In this document: positions 1-8,929 of the stretch, piece after piece | Layout of the letters: every line of letters starts with the position of its first letter | Position numbering within the stretch: position 1 is the stretch's first letter | Assembly (NCBI GenBank): GCA_963728205.1 | Contig: CAVSIV010000002.1 | Location: forward strand, 384,001 to 448,000 | From: an uncultured Chloroflexia bacterium | GTDB lineage: Bacteria > Chloroflexota > Dehalococcoidia > UBA2979 | Direction: 5' to 3' | Length of the DNA stretch: 64,000 bases | Translations under genes and position numbers: made by a program | Notes under the pieces: model-generated | The model's database searches: none | What the model saw: only the letters and a program-made list of their open reading frames with translations | What the model was told of the DNA's origin: nothing

Positions 1-690
1 GGCGCCCCGCCCGCCGGGCACGTGACACGCGTACGCACGGCGGGCGACGTGCGCTGGACGCGTCGCCAGGCCGCGCGCACGCCGGCGCTGTGGATGCTGA
101 TCGTCTCGTTCGGGTTCGCCAGCATGGGCCTCGGCGCGATGCTGCTCCACCTCTACCCGTATCTCACCGACCGCGGCTTCACGCCCGGCGAAGCAGCGGC
201 GGGCTTCAGCACGATCGGCATCACCGGCCTGATCTCGAAGCCACTGTGGGGCGTCGCGCTCGAGCGTTACGAGACGCGGCTGTGCGCCTGCGCCGAGTTT
301 CTCTCGATGGGGCTCGGGATTCTGCTGGTCCTGCTGATCCGCAACGTCGCGACGATGTTCGGCGCGATCTTCGTGCTGGGCATCGGCATCGGCGGCGTGA
401 TCACCGTGCAGGAGGTGGTCTGGGCGAACTACTTCGGGCGGCTCACGCTCGGGACCGTGCGCAGCATCGGCCGCCCGTTCACGATCGTCACCAGCGCCGG
501 CGGGCCGGTGCTCGCCGGAGCGGCGTACGACATCGGCGGCTCGTACACGGTGGCGTTCATCGTCTTCGTGATCACCTACGTGATCGCGGCGGGGCTCATT
601 CTCGTGACGCCCCAGCCGCGTCCGCCGGCCGGCAGCGAGGTACCCGCGGAGCCCGTGCCGGTGGCGGCCGGGGTGCGTCAGGCCGGGTAG
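1..690 (+). CDS. MFS transporter, C-terminal half (5' truncated by window edge)
   Basis: Frame open from base 1; six hydrophobic helices; VWANYFGR-LG loop and GPVLAG motif typical of MFS. Confidence 0.85.
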   Translation, partial: GAPPAGHVTRVRTAGDVRWTRRQAARTPALWMLIVSFGFASMGLGAMLLHLYPYLTDRGFTPGEAAAGFSTIGITGLISKPLWGVALERYETRLCACAEFLSMGLGILLVLLIRNVATMFGAIFVLGIGIGGVITVQEVVWANYFGRLTLGTVRSIGRPFTIVTSAGGPVLAGAAYDIGGSYTVAFIVFVITYVIAAGLILVTPQPRPPAGSEVPAEPVPVAAGVRQAG

Positions 691-1589
691 CCGGCCCGCA
701 CCTCGATCACACGCCGCGTGCCGCGCAGGTCGCGGTGCGCGGCGGCGGCGGCGCCCGGCCGGTCGACGGCACCGAGCAGCATGTCCTCGACGAACGGCGC
801 TTGCCCCCCGCCGATCTCCATCAGCACCGCGACGGGGCCGTCCGCGAGGTGCGCCGGCAGTTGGGCGCAGAATCGGCGGTACAAGTCGAGGCCGTCCTCG
901 CCGCCGTCGACGGCGACGCGCGGCTCGTGCGCGCGGATCTCGTCGGGGAGCGCCTCGTATTCCTCGGTGGGGATATACGGGAGGTTCGCGAGCACGACGT
1001 CGAGCGGCTCGGAGAGCGGCTCGAGCAGGTCGCCCGCGAGCAGGACGACGCGGTCGAGCACCCCGAGCCGGCGCGCGTTGCGACCGGCCCACTGCAGCGC
1101 GTCGGTCGAGACGTCGGTCGCGAAGAGCTTCGCGGTCGGGGCATGGCGCGCGACCGACACGGCGACCGCGCCCGAGCCCGTGGCGACGTCGGCGACGCGC
1201 ACCAGCCGGCGCGCGCGCGGGTGCGCGCGAACGGCCGCGAGCGCGGCCTCGACCAGCGTCTCGGTCTCGGGCCGCGGCACCAGGCACCCCGGGCCGACGA
1301 GGAACTCCAGCCCGTAGAACTCGCGCCGGCCGAGGATGTACGCGAGCGGCTCGTGGCGCAGGCGACGGTCGAGGAGCGCGTCGAACGCCGCCAGCGCCGC
1401 AGGCTCGGGCGGCGCCGCACCGGCCGCGATCACGTGCTCGCGGTCGAGGCCGGCCGCCTGTGCGTAGAGCAGCTCTGCCTCGAGCCGCGCCTCGTCGAGA
1501 TCCTCCGAGCAGTGGCGCAGCAGCAGGCGCTCGGCGGCGCGCTGCAGCGCGGCGCGCAGCGGCTCGGCGGGCGCGGGTGCGGCCGTCAT
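678..1589 (-). CDS. prmC: Release factor glutamine N5-methyltransferase
   Basis: EPLAYILG-EFYG, LVPRPETE, DVATGSG, ANLPYI (NPPY-like) motifs; ATG at 1589 overlaps trmH stop; near prfA. Confidence 0.95.
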   Translation of the reverse strand: MTAAPAPAEPLRAALQRAAERLLLRHCSEDLDEARLEAELLYAQAAGLDREHVIAAGAAPPEPAALAAFDALLDRRLRHEPLAYILGRREFYGLEFLVGPGCLVPRPETETLVEAALAAVRAHPRARRLVRVADVATGSGAVAVSVARHAPTAKLFATDVSTDALQWAGRNARRLGVLDRVVLLAGDLLEPLSEPLDVVLANLPYIPTEEYEALPDEIRAHEPRVAVDGGEDGLDLYRRFCAQLPAHLADGPVAVLMEIGGGQAPFVEDMLLGAVDRPGAAAAAHRDLRGTRRVIEVRAGYPA

Positions 1590-2395
1590 GCGCCGTCGGG
1601 GCGCTCGCGGCGACGGAGCACCTCGTACAGGAGGACGCCGGTCGCGACCGCGACGTTCAGCGACGACGCGCGGCCGAGCATCGGGATGCGCACGACGGCG
1701 TCGCACGCGGTGCGCTGCTCGAGCGAGAGCCCCTCGCGCTCGCTCCCGATGAGCAGCACGGTCGGGTCGCCGTAGTCGACCTCGCGGTAGTCGGCGGCGC
1801 CGGAGGCGGACGATCCGACCAGGCGCGCGCCGGTGAGCTGCGCCCACGCCACGAGATCCTCGAACGACGCGCGCGCCACGCGCTGCGAGAAGACGGCGCC
1901 CATCCCGGCGCGCACCGACGCCGGGTCGTACGGGTCTGTGGACGCGCCGACGAGCACCACGCCCGCGGCGCCGCTCGCGTCGCACGTCCGCAGGATCGTG
2001 CCGAGGTTGCCGGGGTCGGCGATGGCATCGAGCGCGACCCAGCGGTCGCCGTGTGCCAGCCGCACGCCGCCGAGGTCGGCCCACCGCTGACGCACGACGG
2101 CAGCGAGCCCCTGCGGGCCGTCGCGGTCGGAGAGCGTGCGGAAGACGTCGGTGGTCACCTCGAGGACCGGCACCTCGCGGTCGGCGGCCTCCGCGACGAG
2201 CGATTGGCCGAAGTCGCTCGAGAGGCGGCGCGGGGCGACCACGAGCGTCTCGACGTCGGCGCCGGCCTGGATCGCCTCGCCGACGGCGCGGATGCCCTCG
2301 ACGTAGCACAGCCCGCTCTGCTCGCGCGCCTTGCGGGTGCGCAGCGCGCGGATGTCGCGGACGCGGGCGTTCGACGTGCTCGTGATCAGGGGCAT
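1586..2395 (-). CDS. TrmH/SpoU family RNA 2'-O-methyltransferase
   Basis: DPGNLGTILRT, IGSEREGL, VRIPM-SLNVAVA SPOUT motifs. Confidence 0.93.
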   Translation of the reverse strand: MPLITSTSNARVRDIRALRTRKAREQSGLCYVEGIRAVGEAIQAGADVETLVVAPRRLSSDFGQSLVAEAADREVPVLEVTTDVFRTLSDRDGPQGLAAVVRQRWADLGGVRLAHGDRWVALDAIADPGNLGTILRTCDASGAAGVVLVGASTDPYDPASVRAGMGAVFSQRVARASFEDLVAWAQLTGARLVGSSASGAADYREVDYGDPTVLLIGSEREGLSLEQRTACDAVVRIPMLGRASSLNVAVATGVLLYEVLRRRERPDGA

Positions 2396-2441
2396 CGGTC
2401 CGTGCCGTTCAGTTCGCTCGACGGCTCGATCGTGCCCGCGC

Positions 2442-2507
2442 CCGTTCGCCCTGAGCCTGTCGAAGGGCGCCGGCGGATCGCCCTTCGCCTGCGCTCGGGG
2501 CGAACGG
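2442..2507. repeat. REP-like inverted repeat
   Basis: CCGTTCGCCCTGAGCCTGTCGAAGGGCG (2442-2469) and CGCCCTTCGCCTGCGCTCGGGGCGAACGG (2479-2507) are near reverse complements; intergenic. Confidence 0.7.
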
Positions 2508-2521
2508 ATGAGGCCGCCGGG

Positions 2522-3586
2522 TCAGGCCGTCGCGGCGAGCGCGCGTGCCTGCTCTTCGCCCGTCACCGCGTCAATCAGGGCGTCGATCTCTCCGTCCATC
2601 ACCCGCGGGATGCCGTGGATGGTGAGGTTCACGCGGTGGTCGGTGATGCGGTCCTGCGGGTAGTTGTAGGTGCGGATCTTCTCCGCGCGGTCGCCGGTGC
2701 CGACCTGCGAGCGGCGCGCGGCGGCCTCTTCCTGCGCCGCCTTCTCGCGCTCGATCTCGTAGAGGCGCGCGCGCAGGTGCGCCTCGGCCTTCGCGCGGTT
2801 CTTCGCCTGCGAGCGCTCGTCCTGGCAGGTGACCACGATGCCGGTCGGCACGTGCGTCATCCGCACCGCCGTCGCCACCTTGTTCACGTTCTGACCGCCG
2901 GCGCCGCCCGAGTGGAAGATGTCGATCCGCACGTCGTTCCAGTCGATGTCGACGTCGACCTCGTCGACCTCCGGCAGCACCGCGACGGTCGCGGTCGAGG
3001 TGTGGATGCGGCCCTGCGATTCCGTCTCGGGCACGCGCTGCACGCGGTGGACGCCCGACTCGTACTTGAGGCGCGAGTAGGCGCCGCGGCCGTGGACCTC
3101 GAAGGTGATCTCCTTGTAGCCGCCGCTGGCCGCGGCGGAGGTATTGATGATCTCGGTCGTCCAGCGCTGGCGCTCGGCGTAGCGCTGGTACATGCGAAAG
3201 AGGTCCGCGGCGAAGAGGCCGGCCTCGTCGCCGCCGGCGCCGCCGCGGATCTCGACGATCACATCGCGCTCGTCGGCGGGGTCCTTCGGCAGCAGCGCGA
3301 CACGCAGCTCCTGCTCGAGGCGCTCCGCCTCGGGCTCCAGGCGCTCGACCTCCTCGCGGCCGAGGTCGCGCATCTCGGCGTCGGCGTCGCGCTGGAGCAC
3401 GCGGGCGTCGTCGAGCGCCGCCTGGGCGTCGCGGAAGGAGCGGTAGAGGGTGACGACGGACTCGAGGCCGGAGCGTTCGCGCGCGATCTCCTCGACGCGG
3501 CGGTGATCGGCGATCACGTCCGGGTCGGCGAGGAGGGCGGTCAGCTCCTCGTAGCGGGCCTCGATCTCGGCGAGTCGTTCGAGCAT
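2522..3586 (-). CDS. prfA: Peptide chain release factor 1
   Basis: [10 protein letters not shown] (GGQ), VQRVPETE with the RF1 PxT motif, [10 protein letters not shown]. Confidence 0.98.
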   Translation of the reverse strand: MLERLAEIEARYEELTALLADPDVIADHRRVEEIARERSGLESVVTLYRSFRDAQAALDDARVLQRDADAEMRDLGREEVERLEPEAERLEQELRVALLPKDPADERDVIVEIRGGAGGDEAGLFAADLFRMYQRYAERQRWTTEIINTSAAASGGYKEITFEVHGRGAYSRLKYESGVHRVQRVPETESQGRIHTSTATVAVLPEVDEVDVDIDWNDVRIDIFHSGGAGGQNVNKVATAVRMTHVPTGIVVTCQDERSQAKNRAKAEAHLRARLYEIEREKAAQEEAAARRSQVGTGDRAEKIRTYNYPQDRITDHRVNLTIHGIPRVMDGEIDALIDAVTGEEQARALAATA

Positions 3587-3627
3587 GGGTTCAGGTTAGC
3601 AGCGGAGGGCGGTACGGGCCGGGCCGG

Positions 3628-3716
3628 AGCCTGCCTCGAGCGGCAGCCCGTAGGGAGCCGCTCGCTCCGCGAAGCCTGCGTCGAGCCGCAGCCGGAAGGG
3701 TGCCGTTCGCTCCGGA
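3628..3716. repeat. Imperfect 45-bp tandem direct repeat between hisS and prfA
   Basis: AGCCTGCCTCGAGCGGCAGCCCGTAGGGAGCCGCTCGCTCCG at 3628 vs AGCCTGCGTCGAGCCGCAGCCGGAAGGGTGCCGTTCGCTCCG at 3673. Confidence 0.6.
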
Positions 3717-3841
3717 GGCGTGGGCGGAGGATCGGGCAATTCCAGGGGCGGCGCCGGGGGCAGCTCGCGGTGCGGCCGAGCTCGTTGTGCCGCCCTGCGC
3801 GACGTCGGGGAGGCACGTGCACTCGGGGATGGATCGGCAGC

Positions 3842-5128
3842 CTACCGGCTGCCGCTCGATGTGGTGGCGTGGATGGCGTGTGCCGCCTCTCCGGCGGGAA
3901 CGGTTCGTTGCTCGCCGTCGCCGACGAGCGGCTTCACCTGCACGACGCCGTCGGCGGCCTCCTGGTCGCCGACGATCACCGCGTACCGCGCGCCACTCGA
4001 GGACGCGCCGCGCAGCTGCGCGCGCATCGACCGGCCGGGGACGCCGCCGCGCACGACGAGGCCCGCGCCGCGCAGGTCGCGGGCGACGCGCAACGCCGCC
4101 CGCGCGCCCTCGTCGCCGAGGGGGATCATCGCGACGTCGGGCGCGGCATCCGCCGCGGCGTCGGGACCGAGCCCGCGCTCGCGGAGGTTCATCACGATGC
4201 GCTCGATGCCGGTGCCGAAGCCGACGCCGGGCGTGTGCGGCCCGCCGAGCAGCTCGATCAGCCCGTCGTAGCGCCCGCCGGCACCCACGGTGGACTGCCC
4301 GCCGGCGCCCGGCGGCTCGAACTCCCAGACAGTCCGCGCGTAGTAGTCGAGGCCGCGCACGATGCGCGGCTCGACCGCGTAGGCGACGCCGAGCGCGTCG
4401 AGCGAGGCGCGCACCGCTGCGAAGTGATCGGTGTCGGCGGGGGAGAGGAACTCGAGGATGCTCGGCGCCGCGCGCACGGCGGGGTGGTCGGCGTCCTCCT
4501 TCGAGTCGAGGATGCGCAGCACGTTCGTCTCGAAGCGGCGCTGGGAGTCGGCCGAGAGCGTCGCCACGTGCGGGCGGAAGTAGGCGCGCAGTGCCTCGAC
4601 ATAACGCTGACGCGTCTCGGCGGTGCCGATGGAGTTCACGCGCAGCACGAGGTCGTCGAGCCCGAGCTCCCGGTAGAGCGTGTGCTGCAGCTCGATCACC
4701 TCGACGTCTGCCGCCGGCGATTCGTCGCCGATGTTCTCGACGCCGAACTGCTGCAGCTGGCGGTAGCGGCCGGCCTGCGGGCGGTCGTATCGGAAGAACG
4801 TGCCCATGTAGTAGAGGCGGACCGGCTGCGGGCGGCTGCCCATGCCGTTCTCGAGGTACGCGCGGCAGACGCCGGCGGTGCCCTCGGGGCGCAGCGCGAG
4901 CCGGTCGCCGCCGCGGTCCTCGAAGACGTACATCTCCTTCGAGACGATGTCGGATTCGTCGCCGGCGGTCCGCTGGAAGACCGCGACGTCCTCGACCAGC
5001 GGCGTCTGGATCAGGCCGTAATCGAACGAGCGTGCGACTCGCTCCGCCGTGTCGCGCACGAAGCGCCAGAGCGGGGCGTCCTCGGGGAGAACGTCGTGCA
5101 TGCCGCGGGGAGCGCGCAGGTCGGGCAT
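3842..5128 (-). CDS. hisS: Histidine--tRNA ligase
   Basis: LRPEGTA, FRYDRPQAGRYRQ, VRGLDYY, GGRYDGL, GFGTGIER. Confidence 0.98.
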   Translation of the reverse strand: MPDLRAPRGMHDVLPEDAPLWRFVRDTAERVARSFDYGLIQTPLVEDVAVFQRTAGDESDIVSKEMYVFEDRGGDRLALRPEGTAGVCRAYLENGMGSRPQPVRLYYMGTFFRYDRPQAGRYRQLQQFGVENIGDESPAADVEVIELQHTLYRELGLDDLVLRVNSIGTAETRQRYVEALRAYFRPHVATLSADSQRRFETNVLRILDSKEDADHPAVRAAPSILEFLSPADTDHFAAVRASLDALGVAYAVEPRIVRGLDYYARTVWEFEPPGAGGQSTVGAGGRYDGLIELLGGPHTPGVGFGTGIERIVMNLRERGLGPDAAADAAPDVAMIPLGDEGARAALRVARDLRGAGLVVRGGVPGRSMRAQLRGASSSGARYAVIVGDQEAADGVVQVKPLVGDGEQRTVPAGEAAHAIHATTSSGSR

Positions 5129-5235
5129 GCGGGGGAGTCTACGGTCGCCTCACGCCGACGGCGAGCAGCGAGCCGTCAGCGCCGCGACACCCCCCGGGGG
5201 TACGTGGAGGTCATCTCTGCTACGCTGAGGGCACG

Positions 5236-7413
5236 ATGGTTGTCTCCGACCAGGCCCCGGCCGGCACCGCGGAGCTACTCAAGACCCTCGCGACCTACCT
5301 TCCGCAGGATCGCATCGACGCCGTTCGCGCTGCGCTGGACTTCGCCATCGAGCAGCACGAGGGCCAGACCCGCCTGTCCGGCGAGCCCTACGTGATCCAT
5401 CCGATCGCGGTCACCCAACTCGTCGCCGACCTGCATCTCGACACGCAGACCGTGCAGGCCGCGCTGCTGCATGACGTGATTGAGGACTGCGGCGTCACGC
5501 ACCAGGCGCTCGCACAGCGCTTCAGTGCCGACGTCGCGCGACTCGTCGAGGGCGCCACGAAGATCGAGCATCTGCCGATCGGGAACGCGTCGGACACCCA
5601 GACCGCCGACGCCGAGACGCTCCGCAAGATGCTGCTGGCGATGGCCGAGGACGTACGGGTCGTCATCATCAAGCTCGCCGACCGGCTCCACAACATGCGC
5701 ACGCTCGAGTACCTGCCGCGCGACCGCCAGCTCTCGATTGCGCGCGAGACGCTCGACATCTACGCGCCGCTCGCCTCTCGACTGGGTATCTGGCAATTCA
5801 AGTGGGAGCTCGAGGACCTCGCGTTCCGCTACGTCGAGCCGGAGGCCTACCGCCGCGTGGCGCGCATGGTCGCGACCAAGCGCAGCGAGCGCGAGCGGTT
5901 CGTGCGGCGCGTGGAGGCCGAGCTGCGCAAGACGCTCGAGGAGGCCGGCATCGAGGCCGAGATCAGCGGCCGCGTGAAGCACCTCTATTCGATCCACCAG
6001 AAGATGCGGCGCTACGCCGAGCAGGGGAAGTCGCTGGACCAGATCCACGACCTCCTGGCGGTGCGCGTACTCGTGCGGTCGGTGGGCGACTGCTACAACG
6101 CGCTCGGCGTCGTGCACCAGACCTGGCGGCCGATCCCCGGCGGCTTCGACGACTACATCGCGAACCCGAAGGAGTCGCTCTACCAGTCGCTGCACACGTC
6201 CGTGCTCGGCCCGGGCGCGCGGCCGTTCGAGGTCCAGATCCGCACCTACGAGATGCACGACGTCGCCGAGTACGGCGTCGCCGCGCACTGGCAGTACAAG
6301 GAGGAGCCGCGCCGCCGCGACGTCCAGTACGAGGAGCGCATGGCGTGGCTGCGCCACCTGATCGAGTGGCAGCAGGAGTCGTCGGGCACCGAGGACTTCC
6401 TGGAATCGGTGAAGACCGACGTCTTCAACGACCAGGTCTTCGTCTACACGCCGCGCGGCGATGTGCGCGTGCTGCCGTCGGGCTCGACGCCGCTCGACTT
6501 CGCGTACCGCATCCACACGGACCTCGGGCACAATTGCGTCGGCGCGAAGGTGAATGGGCGCATCGTCCCGCTGGCGACGGCGCTGAACAGCGGCGACATC
6601 GTCGAGATCATGCGCAGCCGCAGCCCCAAAGGGCCGTCGCGCGACTGGCTGCAGCCGTCGCTGGGCTACCTCGGGTCGTCGCATGCGCGCCAGAAGGTGC
6701 GCCAGTGGTTCCGGCGGCAGCAGCGCGGGGACAACATCGACCGCGGCCGCGAGGCGGTGGACCGCGAGGTTGCGCGTCTCGGTCTCGCGCGCCTGCCCGA
6801 TGACCTGTACCAGAAGCTTGGCTACGACGCGCTGGAGGACCTCTACGCGGCGGTCGGGTCGGGCGACCTCTCGGTGCAGAAGCTGGTGAACCGGCTGGTC
6901 GAGCAGTCGCCGCTGCCCGCGACGCCGCCGCTCGACACGCCGACCATCGACACCTCGAACGGCGCCCCTGGAGCGCCCGGCGTGCACGTGCTCGGGACCT
7001 CCGGGCTGCACGTGACGCTGTCGCGCTGCTGCCGGCCGGTGCCGGGCGACCCGATCATCGGCTACATCACGCGGGCGCGCGGCATCTCTGTACACCGGCG
7101 CGACTGCCGCAACGTGCAGCGCACCGACGAGACGGCGCGGCTGATCGAGTGCGACTGGGGCGCGTCGGCCGATCGCTACTCGGCCGCGGTCGAGGTCAAC
7201 GCCTGGGATCGCGTGGGCCTGCTGCGCGACATCAGCACGATCGTCGCGGGCGACGGCGTGAACATGGTGGGCGTGCGCACCGAGGAGCACACGGACCGCA
7301 CGACGACCGTGCACCTCACGCTGGAGACGGAGGGCGGCGCGCAGTTCGCGCGGCTGCTCTCGCACCTCGACGGCGTGCGCGGCGTGATCTCCGTGCGCCG
7401 CGGCGGCGGATAG
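5236..7413 (+). CDS. relA: Bifunctional (p)ppGpp synthetase/hydrolase Rel (HD-SYNTH-TGS-ZFD-ACT)
   Basis: R-SGEPYVIHP, LLHDVIED, KLADRLHNMRTL, YQSLHT, EVQIRT, TGS TPLDFAYRIHT, CC-PVPGD, ACT DRVGLLRDI; start at ATG 5236. Confidence 0.97.
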   Translation: MVVSDQAPAGTAELLKTLATYLPQDRIDAVRAALDFAIEQHEGQTRLSGEPYVIHPIAVTQLVADLHLDTQTVQAALLHDVIEDCGVTHQALAQRFSADVARLVEGATKIEHLPIGNASDTQTADAETLRKMLLAMAEDVRVVIIKLADRLHNMRTLEYLPRDRQLSIARETLDIYAPLASRLGIWQFKWELEDLAFRYVEPEAYRRVARMVATKRSERERFVRRVEAELRKTLEEAGIEAEISGRVKHLYSIHQKMRRYAEQGKSLDQIHDLLAVRVLVRSVGDCYNALGVVHQTWRPIPGGFDDYIANPKESLYQSLHTSVLGPGARPFEVQIRTYEMHDVAEYGVAAHWQYKEEPRRRDVQYEERMAWLRHLIEWQQESSGTEDFLESVKTDVFNDQVFVYTPRGDVRVLPSGSTPLDFAYRIHTDLGHNCVGAKVNGRIVPLATALNSGDIVEIMRSRSPKGPSRDWLQPSLGYLGSSHARQKVRQWFRRQQRGDNIDRGREAVDREVARLGLARLPDDLYQKLGYDALEDLYAAVGSGDLSVQKLVNRLVEQSPLPATPPLDTPTIDTSNGAPGAPGVHVLGTSGLHVTLSRCCRPVPGDPIIGYITRARGISVHRRDCRNVQRTDETARLIECDWGASADRYSAAVEVNAWDRVGLLRDISTIVAGDGVNMVGVRTEEHTDRTTTVHLTLETEGGAQFARLLSHLDGVRGVISVRRGGG

Positions 7414-7417
7414 CCGG

Positions 7418-8161
7418 CTAGTCCCCGGCCTCGGCGGGCGTCGGGTCGGTCGCCTGCGTCCCGCTCGGAACGCTCTTGAACGTCAGGTAGCCGGCGTGGC
7501 TGATCGCGAGCAGCGAAACGATGCCGCCGTTGATCGCGGGCAGCGCCGTGATCACGTGGCCCGGGCCGCCGGCCGTCAGCAGCTCGCCGACGGCCGAGGC
7601 GTACGCGACCAGCACGACCAGGGTCAGCATCAGCACCTGGATCTTGCTGAGGTCGAGCCGGTTCTCCTCGCCGCGCTTCTCGCCCTGGACGATGTCGGTG
7701 AGGTGGGCGTCCCGCAGGCTGTCGTTCGGCTCGATCTTGTCGTCCTGGATCTGGGTGCTCTTGATCAGCTGCGAGCCGGCGAAGCTGGCGGATGAGATGC
7801 CCATCAGCACCCAGAGCTCGGCGGGGATCGTGATGTCGAGCGGGTTCGACGCGCCGCGCGCGGTGTTGACGCCGGCGATGGCGAACACGGCGGCGAGGGT
7901 GAGCACGGTCCACGCGGCCATCTGCATGCGCGAGAGGCTCACGCGGCAGCGGTCGTCGATCAGCGCGCCGAGCCAGCGGCCGTTCGTACCCTTGCCGAAG
8001 GCGCCGAGCGCGAAGGCGAGGAGCGCCATGGTGGCGATCCAGGCCGCGACGGGGCCGCGCGCCGTGGTGTTCCAGCGCGGGACCATCATGCCGGCGACGA
8101 GGGCGACTCCGACGGCGAGCAGCCCGACCCAGAACCAGCGGTTACGAGTTTCTGCGCTCAT
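7418..8161 (-). CDS. Hypothetical multi-pass membrane protein with internal duplication
   Basis: Several TM helices; repeated unit SLSRMQ..WT / DLSKIQ..LT followed by LMGISS / LLAISH. Confidence 0.75.
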   Translation of the reverse strand: MSAETRNRWFWVGLLAVGVALVAGMMVPRWNTTARGPVAAWIATMALLAFALGAFGKGTNGRWLGALIDDRCRVSLSRMQMAAWTVLTLAAVFAIAGVNTARGASNPLDITIPAELWVLMGISSASFAGSQLIKSTQIQDDKIEPNDSLRDAHLTDIVQGEKRGEENRLDLSKIQVLMLTLVVLVAYASAVGELLTAGGPGHVITALPAINGGIVSLLAISHAGYLTFKSVPSGTQATDPTPAEAGD

Positions 8162-8389
8162 ACGGCCACCAGATCGCATGGCCGGCCCTGATCGGGGGCA
8201 TGATAGCGAGGTCGCGGGATCGCGTGGGGGATGCCGCGCTGCGCGAACCGAGGCACCTCCGGTAGAGTCGCGAGCGACATCGCTCGGTCGACGGTCGGCG
8301 CCCTCGGGGCGCCGGTACGGCGCCGACCCGATGGGCGGCGTATCCGCCGGTCGTTGTGCGTGAAGCCCGACTGCGAGCAGGGGGCGCGA

Positions 8390-8929
8390 GTGACCGCCGC
8401 AGACCGCGGCTCCGTGATCGGGACCTTCCACGCGCGCGCCGAGGAAGCGCGCTCGACCGTGCACGCGCTCGCCGGCTGGTCCGACGTCGCGGCGCTCGCG
8501 CTGGAGCTGGCGGGCGACGGGCGCATCGTTCTCGCGCCGTCGCTCGCGGCGGCCGCGCCGGCGCTGGCGGCGCGGCTCGGGAGCCGCGCGGAGCTGCCGG
8601 ACGCGCGCGACCCCGTGGCGTCGGTCGCCGATGCCGAGGTCGGCGTCGTGCGCGGCGCCCTCGCGGTCGCGGAGACCGGATCGGTGCTGCTCGTCGAGGG
8701 CGCGCTCGCCGATCGCGCGGTGTCCATGCTCTCGCGAACGCTGATCCAGGTGGTCGACCGCGGCGACGTCGTGCCGGCGCTCGAGGCGGTCGCGGAGCGG
8801 CTGGTCGCGGGCGACATGGCACCGTACGCATCGCTCACCACGGGGCCGTCGCGCACCGCCGACATCGAGCGTTCGCTGACCATCGGCGTGCAGGGCCCGA
8901 GCGCGGTGCACGTGGTGATCGTCGGATGA
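8390..8929 (+). CDS. lutC: Lactate utilization protein C (LUD domain)
   Basis: AVAETGSVLL, TGPSRTADIER-L-IGVQGP; GTG start at 8390 after a G-rich RBS. Confidence 0.88.
   Translation: MTAADRGSVIGTFHARAEEARSTVHALAGWSDVAALALELAGDGRIVLAPSLAAAAPALAARLGSRAELPDARDPVASVADAEVGVVRGALAVAETGSVLLVEGALADRAVSMLSRTLIQVVDRGDVVPALEAVAERLVAGDMAPYASLTTGPSRTADIERSLTIGVQGPSAVHVVIVG

Noticed and set aside
1460-5395. 1311-aa plus-strand ORF and similar giant ORFs (8158-11076, 19753-22173, 57842-60802)
   Set aside because: Antisense or off-frame shadows of well-supported genes; stop codons are scarce at this GC content; translations are Arg/Ala-rich with no motifs
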